NCBI GenBank assembly: GCA_965247355.1
Contig: OZ252011.1
Coordinates: 3,113,397 to 3,177,396, forward strand
Reading direction: 5' to 3'
DNA length: 64,000 nucleotides
DNA from: Balneolaceae bacterium
GTDB lineage: Bacteria; Bacteroidota; Rhodothermia; Balneolales; Balneolaceae
The position numbers and the translations under genes are program-made. Positions 19,468 through 27,975 of this stretch are shown one piece after another; the stretch's first letter is position 1; each line of letters begins with the position of its first letter. The notes beneath the pieces were generated by a model, which was given only the letters and a program-made list of their open reading frames with translations, was not told the DNA's origin and did no database searches.

Positions 19468-21225
19468 ATGCATATAGATCATCAAAAACTGGTTGAACTG
19501 CTTACGGATGCATCCGGAATTGAAGCAGAGAAAATAGAGAAACAAATCGGGGAATTAGTAGAAGAAATTCATCAGGCACTTGAAGATGGTGAGGCCTATG
19601 AGATTGAAGGTTTTGGAATTTTTAGTGGCATTGGAAATCGGGTATTATTTATACCATCCAAAGAACTGGAAACCGAGATCAACTTTAAGTATGTGGGAAT
19701 GGAACCCATCGAGCTTGAGGAGAGTCAGGTTCAGAAGGAAGAAAAAGAAGAGGACGAAGACCCATTTGCAGAGCTTCAGGGGGATGCTTCGGAAAGTAGA
19801 AGAGATCCCTTTGCTGGTTTGGTAGAAGATTTTGATGAAGAAGAAACGAAGGATTCAGCCGAACAGCCGGATGATGAACAAGAACATCAGCCAGGACCCA
19901 ATGAATGGGGTATTGATGCACATAAAGAGGAAAATACAGGTGCAAACCGGTTAATTTCTAGTTTGATGGGCGAAGAGTATAAAGAAGAAGCTGAAGAAGC
20001 TGAAGAAGCTGAACCAGAGGCTGAAAAAGAACCTTTGACAGAAGGGGAAGTAGTGGAAGATGAAGTTTCTTTCGATGATATTTTCGGTGAAACAGAAGAA
20101 AAATCAGAAGGTGAACCGGATAGCGAACAACAGGAAGAATCAGTTGGTGGCCTTGATGCAGAGCTGGCTAGTTTAATGGCTGAGGAATCTGAAGTAAGGT
20201 CAGAGGATGAACTTGCTGCAGGAATAGTTGACGATGATTCTGCAGATATATTTGGAGACTACGAAGAAGGATCAGAAGGTGAATCGGATAACGAACAAGA
20301 GGAAGCAGACGCGGATGAGGAGACTATTGATGAAATGTCAGAAGAGTTAGAGACTTCTGAGAAGGAAGAACCTCAGGAATCTGAAGCCAAAGCTGATGAC
20401 GAACACGAAGAGTCGAAGCTGGACGAAACGGAAGACGATTTCGATGACTTTGACGATCCATTCCTAGAACTGGATTCTGAGGAAGAGCCTGTTGAAGAAA
20501 GTGCAGCGAATCAGGGTGAAGATATCATTCCGGTAATAACTAATATTTCTTCCGATTTAGAACCAGCGGTAAAAGAAGAGCCCAAGGAAAAAAAGAAAAA
20601 AGATAAGCCAAAGAAAACTAAAACGGATCCTCAACCAGCCCCGGTATGGTTATGGATTGTGTTAGTATTAGTAGTTTTGGTTGGGGCTACAGTCGGGCTC
20701 GGATATTTCAGTATTATCAATATTCCTGGAATTACCCCACAGGTTGCAACAAATACTACACCGGCCATTACTACACCTCCGGTACAACAATCACCTGCTG
20801 CAACCCAACAACCAGAGGAAACGCCGGCTGATGAGGTGCCAAATGAAAGTGATTCTCAGGAAGAACAGCCACCTGCTCAGGAACAACAGACTCCCGCTGA
20901 AGTACCAGTTTCAGTAGGAACGACCGAAGTACCGGTTGATCAGTCTAAATATGGAATGACAGGCACAGTTGATGAGACTGCTAACGATGGTTATACCATT
21001 GTTTTATACTCTTTGAGTATTGAATCAAATGCTTTTGTTAAACGGCAGGAATTATCGGAAGCAGGGTTCCGTGCACTTGTTACTCCAATTTCTTCAGAAC
21101 AATATGGAACCTTATGGCGGGTTAGTATAGGTCAATTCGCCAGCTTAACAGATGCGGCAATTGCATCAGAGGATATGCCCGCTGAATACAAACAAAGTTA
21201 TTTTATCAAACGAATTACAAACTAA
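19468..21225 (+). CDS. SPOR-domain protein with an N-terminal HU-like module, a long acidic disordered region and one TM helix
   Basis: 585 aa. The N-terminus LVELLTDASGIEAEKIEKQIGELVEEIHQALEDGEAYEIEGFGIF is HU-like. About 290 aa are D/E-rich. The TM helix is WLWIVLVLVVLVGATVGLGYF. The C-terminal SPOR-like domain is GYTIVLYSL...FRALVTPISSEQYGTLWRVSIGQFASLTDA. Confidence 0.8.
   Translation: MHIDHQKLVELLTDASGIEAEKIEKQIGELVEEIHQALEDGEAYEIEGFGIFSGIGNRVLFIPSKELETEINFKYVGMEPIELEESQVQKEEKEEDEDPFAELQGDASESRRDPFAGLVEDFDEEETKDSAEQPDDEQEHQPGPNEWGIDAHKEENTGANRLISSLMGEEYKEEAEEAEEAEPEAEKEPLTEGEVVEDEVSFDDIFGETEEKSEGEPDSEQQEESVGGLDAELASLMAEESEVRSEDELAAGIVDDDSADIFGDYEEGSEGESDNEQEEADADEETIDEMSEELETSEKEEPQESEAKADDEHEESKLDETEDDFDDFDDPFLELDSEEEPVEESAANQGEDIIPVITNISSDLEPAVKEEPKEKKKKDKPKKTKTDPQPAPVWLWIVLVLVVLVGATVGLGYFSIINIPGITPQVATNTTPAITTPPVQQSPAATQQPEETPADEVPNESDSQEEQPPAQEQQTPAEVPVSVGTTEVPVDQSKYGMTGTVDETANDGYTIVLYSLSIESNAFVKRQELSEAGFRALVTPISSEQYGTLWRVSIGQFASLTDAAIASEDMPAEYKQSYFIKRITN
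19984..20010 (+). repeat. In-frame 9-bp tandem repeat (gaagaagct x3) encoding (EEA)3
   Basis: Read directly: gaagaagct occurs at 19984, 19993 and 20002, inside the acidic region of the SPOR protein gene. Confidence 0.9.
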
Positions 21226-21233
21226 TCATCTAC

Positions 21234-21941
21234 ATGAACATTGCTCTTTTTCTATTGCAGGATTCTACAGCAGTTGCTGACTCGTTAGCACTTTCGCTTC
21301 AGGAAGACCAAATTTCCTTTTTTGACCTATTGGTGGAAGGTGGGGTTTTAATGATCCCGATTTTGGTGCTATTCCTGATATCAATCTACGTAATTGTAGA
21401 ACGCTGGAGTGCTTTATCCAGATCTCATACCGATACCACCAGATTTCTTGGATCCATTGAAGGAATGTTGAAATCAGGTAAACAAACGGATGCTATCGCT
21501 TACTGTGATGATTTCGATAAGCCGCTGGCACGAATTATCAAGGCGGGAATAAAAAGATTAGGTCGTCCTATTCGCGATATCGAAGATGCAATTGACAATG
21601 CCGGAAAAAAAGAAATTTTCTTTCTTGAAAAGAAAATGAATTGGCTTGCCACAATTGCAGGTGTGGCGCCGCTTATTGGATTCACAGGAACGGTAACAGG
21701 TATGATAGAAGCCTTTATGGACATTCAATCACTCCAGGGAAATGTAAATCCCAGTGCACTTGCAGGAGGTATCTGGGAAGCATTGATTACTACCGCAGCT
21801 GGTCTGATTGTGGGTTTGATTGCCTTTGGATTCTATAACTTTCTGCTGGGTAAAATCAACCGCTCCATTTTTGAGCTGGAAAATGCATCAGCAGATTTCA
21901 TTGATCTGCTACAATCTCCCGCACCTAAAAAACAGGCGTAA
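21234..21941 (+). CDS. exbB: MotA/TolQ/ExbB proton-channel family protein
   Basis: 235 aa with three TM helices and the conserved C-terminal segment LATIAGVAPLIGFTGTVTGMIEAF ... ALITTAAGLIVGLIAF. Confidence 0.85.
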   Translation: MNIALFLLQDSTAVADSLALSLQEDQISFFDLLVEGGVLMIPILVLFLISIYVIVERWSALSRSHTDTTRFLGSIEGMLKSGKQTDAIAYCDDFDKPLARIIKAGIKRLGRPIRDIEDAIDNAGKKEIFFLEKKMNWLATIAGVAPLIGFTGTVTGMIEAFMDIQSLQGNVNPSALAGGIWEALITTAAGLIVGLIAFGFYNFLLGKINRSIFELENASADFIDLLQSPAPKKQA

Positions 21942-21943
21942 TT

Positions 21944-22360
21944 ATGGCACGCGATTTCAGACGAGGCGATAAACGACTTACTCCCCTTTCGCTGTTTTCA
22001 CAGTCGTCATTGACGGACATTGTGCTTTTGTTACTGATTTTCTTTCTGCTTACCTCTTCCTTTGTCACCAATTTCGGTATTAAGGTGAACATCCCCCGTG
22101 CAGAAAGCGGAGCGGTTCAGGAAAATCAATACATCTCGGTTGCCATTACAAAAGACGGGCAGTTTTATGTAGAAGGAGATTTGACCGCAACAGGATCTTT
22201 AGCGGGTGCTATCCGCGATGCAAAAAATAATAAACCGGAAGGCACAATCGTATTAAGAGCAGATAAAGATGCCACGGTAGATGATGCCGTTCGGGTACTT
22301 AACATTGGGAAGGCATTAAACCTTAAACTAGTAATGGCCACGGAACAAGGCTCACTGTAA
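21944..22360 (+). CDS. exbD: ExbD/TolR biopolymer transport protein
   Basis: 138 aa with an N-terminal anchor containing LTDIVLLLLIFFLLTS, followed by a periplasmic domain (IVLRADKDATVDDAVRVLNIGKAL). Confidence 0.85.
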   Translation: MARDFRRGDKRLTPLSLFSQSSLTDIVLLLLIFFLLTSSFVTNFGIKVNIPRAESGAVQENQYISVAITKDGQFYVEGDLTATGSLAGAIRDAKNNKPEGTIVLRADKDATVDDAVRVLNIGKALNLKLVMATEQGSL

Positions 22361-22361
22361 T

Positions 22362-23177
22362 ATGAAACCTCAATTCACTAAAGATGATCAACGGGCGCTG
22401 GGAACTACCATTGGGGTAGCTGTGCTGCTTCTTGCATTTTCACTTTGGTACACCATAGATATGGGGCGCAATCTCCGTCCATCTTTTATTGAGGTTGAAT
22501 TTGGGGAATTTCAAACAGGACGATTATCTCAGTTTTCTGAAGTACAAAATGAGCAGGTTGCTACTCGCCAGAATCCTTCTGAAACAGAAACGGAAGAGCC
22601 AGTAGAAGAAGCTCCGGAACCGGAAGAAACACCTGAAACCCCGGCCGAAGAAAACATAAAACCTGTTGACTTACCCGATCAGGTGGAAGAAGTAGTTGAA
22701 GAGGTGGTTCAAACACCTGAGACAGAAGTCATTGATCCTACCCAAACTTCCGAGGAAACAGAAGAACAGGTCGAAGTACCTCCTCAGGCTCAGGAAGAGG
22801 AAGAACAAAATGAAGGAGCCGATGAAAGTGGTGATCCGGACGGCGCTATTGGCGATGTAAACTCTGATCAGGGAATTGGAACTGACGATGAAAAAAGCTC
22901 TCCATATGAATTGCAATGGGAAGGTGATATTGAGCGGGCGCCTATGGTTCAGCCGTTACCGAGCAATAACGCGAATACAGAAGCAGTAATAACTGTTCGT
23001 TTTGAAGTTCGCCCGAATGGAACAGTAGGTCGGATTATACCACTCAGAAAAATGAATCCCGAGCTTGAAACTGAGGTTATGAGTACGCTGCGTACATGGC
23101 GCTTTTCCCGTCTCCCAAGCGGTGTTCCCCAGCAAGCACAATGGGGTACCATTACCTTTCGCTTTGTGTTTGACTGA
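22362..23177 (+). CDS. TonB/TolA-like energy-transducer protein (TM anchor, acidic linker, TonB-C-like domain)
   Basis: 271 aa. The TM helix is LGTTIGVAVLLLAFSLWYTI. An E/P/T-rich linker follows. The C-terminus is AVITVRFEVRPNGTVGRIIPLRK...EVMSTLRTWRFSRLP...GTITFRFVF. It starts 1 nt after exbD. Confidence 0.7.
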   Translation: MKPQFTKDDQRALGTTIGVAVLLLAFSLWYTIDMGRNLRPSFIEVEFGEFQTGRLSQFSEVQNEQVATRQNPSETETEEPVEEAPEPEETPETPAEENIKPVDLPDQVEEVVEEVVQTPETEVIDPTQTSEETEEQVEVPPQAQEEEEQNEGADESGDPDGAIGDVNSDQGIGTDDEKSSPYELQWEGDIERAPMVQPLPSNNANTEAVITVRFEVRPNGTVGRIIPLRKMNPELETEVMSTLRTWRFSRLPSGVPQQAQWGTITFRFVFD

Positions 23178-23268
23178 TTATCCTCCTCACAAAATTTTTC
23201 TCCACCCTTCCCTTTGATTAGTTACATTTAGTGAATAATAAGCTGAAAAACTAACTAACAAGGATTTT

Positions 23269-26200
23269 ATGAAGCGACTGATCATCGGATGCTTAGCACT
23301 ATTCATAAGCATTTCATTTTCGGAAATTACCACAGCACAGATTTTTGGACATGGTGCGGAAACTCAAAACCCAACGTATACTAATCAGGGTTTTAAAGAT
23401 TTGAAATTCAGGAATATTGGTCCATTCAGAGGAGGAAGATCGGTAGCGGTAGCCGGGCACGATGATCAGCCTTATACCTTCTATACTGGATTTACAGGTG
23501 GTGGAGTATATAAGACTACTGACGGTGGAAATTCATGGGTTAACATTAGTGATGGCTTTTTTAAAACGGGTTCGGTGGGTGCGATAGATGTTGCTGATTC
23601 TGACCCGAATGTGATTTATACAGGAATGGGGGAAACTGACATCCGGGGAAATATGAGTGCCGGAGATGGAATGTATAGATCCACGGATGCAGGGAAAACC
23701 TGGACTTATCTTGGACTAGGGGAAAGCCAGTTTATCGGAGATATCGAAATTCATCCCGAAAATCCGGATGTGGTTTGGGTTGCTGCAATGGGTCAAATTT
23801 TCGGTGAAGAAGGAAATGAAGAACGAGGGGTGTTTAAAACCACAGACGGTGGTAAAACATGGAATAAAGTACTATTCAGAAATAATAAAACCGGAGCGGT
23901 AGATATCGCTGTGGATCCAAATAACTCCAGAATTCTGTTTGCAGCATTATGGGAAGCCTACCGGAATCCATGGGAAATGAGTAGTGGTGGTGAAGGCAGT
24001 GGTTTATTTAAAAGCACTGATGGAGGTGAGACCTGGAAAGAAATTACACAAAGTCCGGGGCTGCCTAAAGGGTTGGTTGGGAAAATTGGAGTGTCAGTTT
24101 CCCCTGTAAATTCGAACCGAGTATTCGCTATTGCTGAGAATGCGAAAGGCGGTGGACTTTTTCGATCAGAAGACGGTGGTGATACTTGGCAAAGGGTAAG
24201 TGCAGACCGTAATCTTCGTCAAAGAGCGTGGTATTATTCTAAAGTTATTGCTGATCCGGGAAATGAAGATGTAGTATATGTTCTGAATGTAGGATTTTGG
24301 AAATCAACCGATGGCGGTAAAACATTCAGCAGAATTCGGACTCCACACGGTGATCACCACGACCTTTGGATTGCGTCAGATAATCCACAGCGAATGATTA
24401 TTGGTGATGATGGAGGCGGACAGGTTACCTATAACGGAGGGCAGGGTTGGTCCAGTTATTACACGTCTGCTACAGCGCAGATTTATCAGGTGACGACTGA
24501 CAATCAGTTTCCATACATGATTTATGGCGCACAGCAGGATAACAGTACTTTTGCTATTAAAAACAGAACCAGTGGTAGTGGAATTGATGAAAGCGACTGG
24601 TGGCCGGTGGCTGGTGGCGAAAGTGGATATATTGCTCCCGATCCGGATAATCCAAATGTAACCTACGGCGGAAGTTATGGTGGCTACCTTAACAAGTACG
24701 ATAAAGAACTTGGACTAAGTGATCGTATTGATGTATGGCCGGATAACCCAATGGGAGCCGGAGCTAAAGACCTGAAATATCGGTTCCAGTGGACGTTTCC
24801 GATTATCATCTCTCCTCATAATTCAGATGTGTTGTACACAACATCGCAACATGTTCACCGATCCACTAATGAAGGCATGAGCTGGGAGGAAATAAGTCCG
24901 GATTTAACCCGAAATGATAGTACGAAGCAGGATGAATCCGGCGGACCTATTACCAAAGATGATACTTCGGTTGAATACTATAACACCATTTTCACCTTTG
25001 CAGAATCCCCGATTGAACCGGGATTACTATGGGCAGGATCGGATGATGGGTTGATTCATATAAGCCGTAATAATGGAGAAAGCTGGGAGAATGTAACACC
25101 ACGAGGATTACCTGAAACGATGATCAGTATCCTCGACGCTTCTCATCACGATCCCGGTACTGCTTATTTTGCAGCGACCCGATACAAGTTCAACGACTAC
25201 CAGCCGATGATCTATAAAACCACCAATTACGGACGTAGCTGGACAAAAATAACGAATGGAATTCCTGCTATGGATTTCACCCGCACTGTTCGTGAGGACC
25301 CGAATAAAGCAGGCTTATTATATGCAGGAACTGAAACCGGACTTTACATTTCATTTGATGCAGGTGAAAACTGGCAAAGTTTCCAGCTTAATCTACCGGC
25401 AGTTCCTATAACTGATCTAGCCGTTCATAAGCGAGATAAAGATTTGATCGTAGCAACTCAGGGGCGATCGTTTTGGGTATTTGATGATCTTCCAGTACTC
25501 CATCAAATAAGTGAAGAAATTACTGAATCGGAGCACCATCTTTTTGATCCGGAGGATACTTATTTGTTCGGAAGAGGTGGAAACTTTAATCCTTCGGGAA
25601 CTACCGGCCAAAATCCTACTCCCGGTGCTGTAGTATATTATATGCTTGGACGCGATGTAAGCGAAGAAATTAAGCTTGAGTTTCTGGATATGAGAGATAA
25701 TGTAATTAAAACATACTCCAGTAAGAAAGATGACCGTGATCGACCGGTGAAGGAATCTCCATTATTTTATGAGGAAGAAGATCAGCGAAGACCTTCCGTT
25801 GTTTCAGATAAGGCAGGGCTTAATAAGTTTGCCTGGGACCTGGAATATCCCGGAGTAACCAATCTGGATGGTCGCCAAATCTTATGGGCAGGCAATACTT
25901 CAGGTCCGGATGCAGTGCCAGGAACCTATAAAGTTCGCATGTACATTGGCGAAGACATGGTGGGCGAACAGGATTTTGAAGTGATGAAAGACCCTCGTTT
26001 AACCGATGTATCTCAGGAGGATTTGATAGCTCAGTTTGAACTCGTTCAGACTATTAACGCTAAGCTCGATACTACGCACAAAGCGATTAACAGAATAAAA
26101 AAGGTGCGGGATGAGATTAACGAGCTGATGAGTGAAACGCAGAGCAACGAAGAGCTTCAGGAAAAAGCTAAAGCCATGATTGCAGCAATCACAGCTATTG

Positions 26201-26460
26201 AAGAAGAGCTGTATCAAACCAAAGCAGAAGCCACCCAGGATGTATTAAACTTCCCAATTAAGCTAAATAACAAACTCGCGGCATTAAAAGGAACGGTTGC
26301 TACCGGATTTGGCCGGCCAACGGATCAGCAGTATGCGGTTTTCGAAGAGCTGGGAGCTAAAGTAGATGTTCAGCTGGAAAAGTTGCAGGCGATCTGGAAT
26401 GGGGAATATGAAAATGTACTTCAGGAGCTCGAAAACCCCAGTGTGCCTATTGAAAATTAA
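23269..26460 (+). CDS. Secreted BNR/Asp-box repeat, sortilin (VPS10)-like beta-propeller protein
   Basis: 1063 aa with a signal peptide. It has many Asp-box repeats (TTDGGNSW, STDAGKTW, TTDGGKTW, STDGGETW, SEDGGDTW, STDGGKTF, SRNNGESW, TTNYGRSW). Confidence 0.8.
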   Translation: MKRLIIGCLALFISISFSEITTAQIFGHGAETQNPTYTNQGFKDLKFRNIGPFRGGRSVAVAGHDDQPYTFYTGFTGGGVYKTTDGGNSWVNISDGFFKTGSVGAIDVADSDPNVIYTGMGETDIRGNMSAGDGMYRSTDAGKTWTYLGLGESQFIGDIEIHPENPDVVWVAAMGQIFGEEGNEERGVFKTTDGGKTWNKVLFRNNKTGAVDIAVDPNNSRILFAALWEAYRNPWEMSSGGEGSGLFKSTDGGETWKEITQSPGLPKGLVGKIGVSVSPVNSNRVFAIAENAKGGGLFRSEDGGDTWQRVSADRNLRQRAWYYSKVIADPGNEDVVYVLNVGFWKSTDGGKTFSRIRTPHGDHHDLWIASDNPQRMIIGDDGGGQVTYNGGQGWSSYYTSATAQIYQVTTDNQFPYMIYGAQQDNSTFAIKNRTSGSGIDESDWWPVAGGESGYIAPDPDNPNVTYGGSYGGYLNKYDKELGLSDRIDVWPDNPMGAGAKDLKYRFQWTFPIIISPHNSDVLYTTSQHVHRSTNEGMSWEEISPDLTRNDSTKQDESGGPITKDDTSVEYYNTIFTFAESPIEPGLLWAGSDDGLIHISRNNGESWENVTPRGLPETMISILDASHHDPGTAYFAATRYKFNDYQPMIYKTTNYGRSWTKITNGIPAMDFTRTVREDPNKAGLLYAGTETGLYISFDAGENWQSFQLNLPAVPITDLAVHKRDKDLIVATQGRSFWVFDDLPVLHQISEEITESEHHLFDPEDTYLFGRGGNFNPSGTTGQNPTPGAVVYYMLGRDVSEEIKLEFLDMRDNVIKTYSSKKDDRDRPVKESPLFYEEEDQRRPSVVSDKAGLNKFAWDLEYPGVTNLDGRQILWAGNTSGPDAVPGTYKVRMYIGEDMVGEQDFEVMKDPRLTDVSQEDLIAQFELVQTINAKLDTTHKAINRIKKVRDEINELMSETQSNEELQEKAKAMIAAITAIEEELYQTKAEATQDVLNFPIKLNNKLAALKGTVATGFGRPTDQQYAVFEELGAKVDVQLEKLQAIWNGEYENVLQELENPSVPIEN

Positions 26461-26528
26461 AAATTGAAACTATTTAAGCTCAGTTACCTTTATACTAATG
26501 TAAGTACTAATAAAATATATTATTTATA

Positions 26529-26732
26529 ATGAGTATTAAAGAAAAGACATTAGAGCAATTAGAAGCAAAAATTGAGAACATTGAGCAGTTTATTTCAGAT
26601 AATGGAGTCGGTTCAAAATATCTTTCTAAAGCAGAACAAGTTCAGAGAGATGTAAACCTTGGACTAGCTGTTGCCGGATTTGTAGGTCTAGCAGGACTCT
26701 CTGCCTGGGCAATTATGAGAGGCTCAGATTAA
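26529..26732 (+). CDS. Small tail-anchored membrane protein, hypothetical
   Basis: 67 aa with a coiled N-terminus and a C-terminal TM segment LGLAVAGFVGLAGLSAWAI. It could still be a spurious ORF. Confidence 0.4.
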   Translation: MSIKEKTLEQLEAKIENIEQFISDNGVGSKYLSKAEQVQRDVNLGLAVAGFVGLAGLSAWAIMRGSD

Positions 26733-26735
26733 GAT

Positions 26736-27974
26736 TCAAAACAGGACACTAAGCTGGATGGTGATTACATCATCGTCCAGGTCAGGTCCATCATCTTTTG
26801 AAAGCAGGTAAGAAGCTTTCAATAACACATTTCGCCGAAGCTTATATCCGGCAGCAAACTCCATGCGCTGCCTATCAAATGTCCAGGGCGTAGTCGTCTC
26901 ATCTACTTTATCATTATTAATATCCCTTCTGTAGATTTCAATTTCTCCTTCAAACATCTGTTCATAACGAACGGCAAGATATCCACCGACTAAAAGAGGT
27001 AAATCATAAATAAACTCACCTGAAAAATGATCCGTAGTTGCTTTTCCTGTTCTTCTGGCATCAGAAGTTGAAGTTTCAGGATCATAGAAAGGAGCTTTGA
27101 AAAAAGCTTGATTCCATTCAACATTCAAGGTGTAATAACGATAATTAAGGGTTAAGTCTGCACCCATCAGTGATTGAGGATACCCTGAAAGATCATACAC
27201 CAATAAAGAATCATTCGCTTCATCATCCATAATAAACGACCCTTTGCTGTAAGAAGCTCCAAGTTGCGCCCAAATAGCTGGCCTGAATACTACCCTTCCC
27301 ACCCATGCAGGACTATCAAATTCACCAAAATCGAAATGTGATGAACTTGGAGCCAGTGTAGCGGCGATGTCAAAACTGAGCCACCTTGACTCTCCAAAAG
27401 CATGAGAGATTTTAATTCCCTGTGAATACATTCGTGGGTAAATCATACTTAATCCGTGCTCCTCATCACCGTACAAGTCCTGAATCGCTGAAGGATCGCT
27501 AATTCCATCCTGAAGATGGCCAAATCTATTACTTACAGGCAAACCTGCAGAGTGAGACATTGGTAAATGAACGAATGGATTTTCACTGGAAAGAAATTTG
27601 GTTGAGTAGCCCCCATAAGGAGTAACAAATCGCCCGGCCGTAGCTATAAAGTCGGAATCGAAATCGGGAGACCAGTTGATATTCATCACTGAGAAAAAGG
27701 GGGAACTCAACTTTTTTCCTTCATAGTGATCAGCCTGTAGCACGCTATTTATAAACCATTGTTCAGAGATATTCGCAGAAAGAAAAAGCCGGATATTAGG
27801 TGTATATAATGAAAGACCCTCTGCAGGGGTTTGATTTACATACGGCGAAGAATCATCACCGCTAATTCTGATCTCAAAATCTGTAAGACCGGAAATATTG
27901 ATTTGTGCGTTCGCGGGTTTAATAACCATGAGACTGATTAAAAGTATACACAATGAAAAGAGTCGCATTTTCAT
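26736..27974 (-). CDS. Outer-membrane beta-barrel protein (porin-like), third gene of the cupredoxin-cyclase operon
   Basis: 412 aa with signal peptide MKMRLFSLCILLISLMVIKPANAQ, alternating-hydrophobic strands and the terminal ...ITIQLSVLF. The start is 1 nt downstream of the cyclase stop. Confidence 0.6.
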   Translation of the reverse strand: MKMRLFSLCILLISLMVIKPANAQINISGLTDFEIRISGDDSSPYVNQTPAEGLSLYTPNIRLFLSANISEQWFINSVLQADHYEGKKLSSPFFSVMNINWSPDFDSDFIATAGRFVTPYGGYSTKFLSSENPFVHLPMSHSAGLPVSNRFGHLQDGISDPSAIQDLYGDEEHGLSMIYPRMYSQGIKISHAFGESRWLSFDIAATLAPSSSHFDFGEFDSPAWVGRVVFRPAIWAQLGASYSKGSFIMDDEANDSLLVYDLSGYPQSLMGADLTLNYRYYTLNVEWNQAFFKAPFYDPETSTSDARRTGKATTDHFSGEFIYDLPLLVGGYLAVRYEQMFEGEIEIYRRDINNDKVDETTTPWTFDRQRMEFAAGYKLRRNVLLKASYLLSKDDGPDLDDDVITIQLSVLF

Positions 27975-27975
27975 A

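Noticed and set aside
19700-22900. Repetitive purine-rich DNA (GAA/GAG runs) in the SPOR and TonB-like genes, considered as a possible CRISPR or satellite array.
   Set aside because: The repeats are in-frame codon repeats for Glu/Asp within continuous ORFs. They are irregular in length, with no repeat-spacer periodicity.
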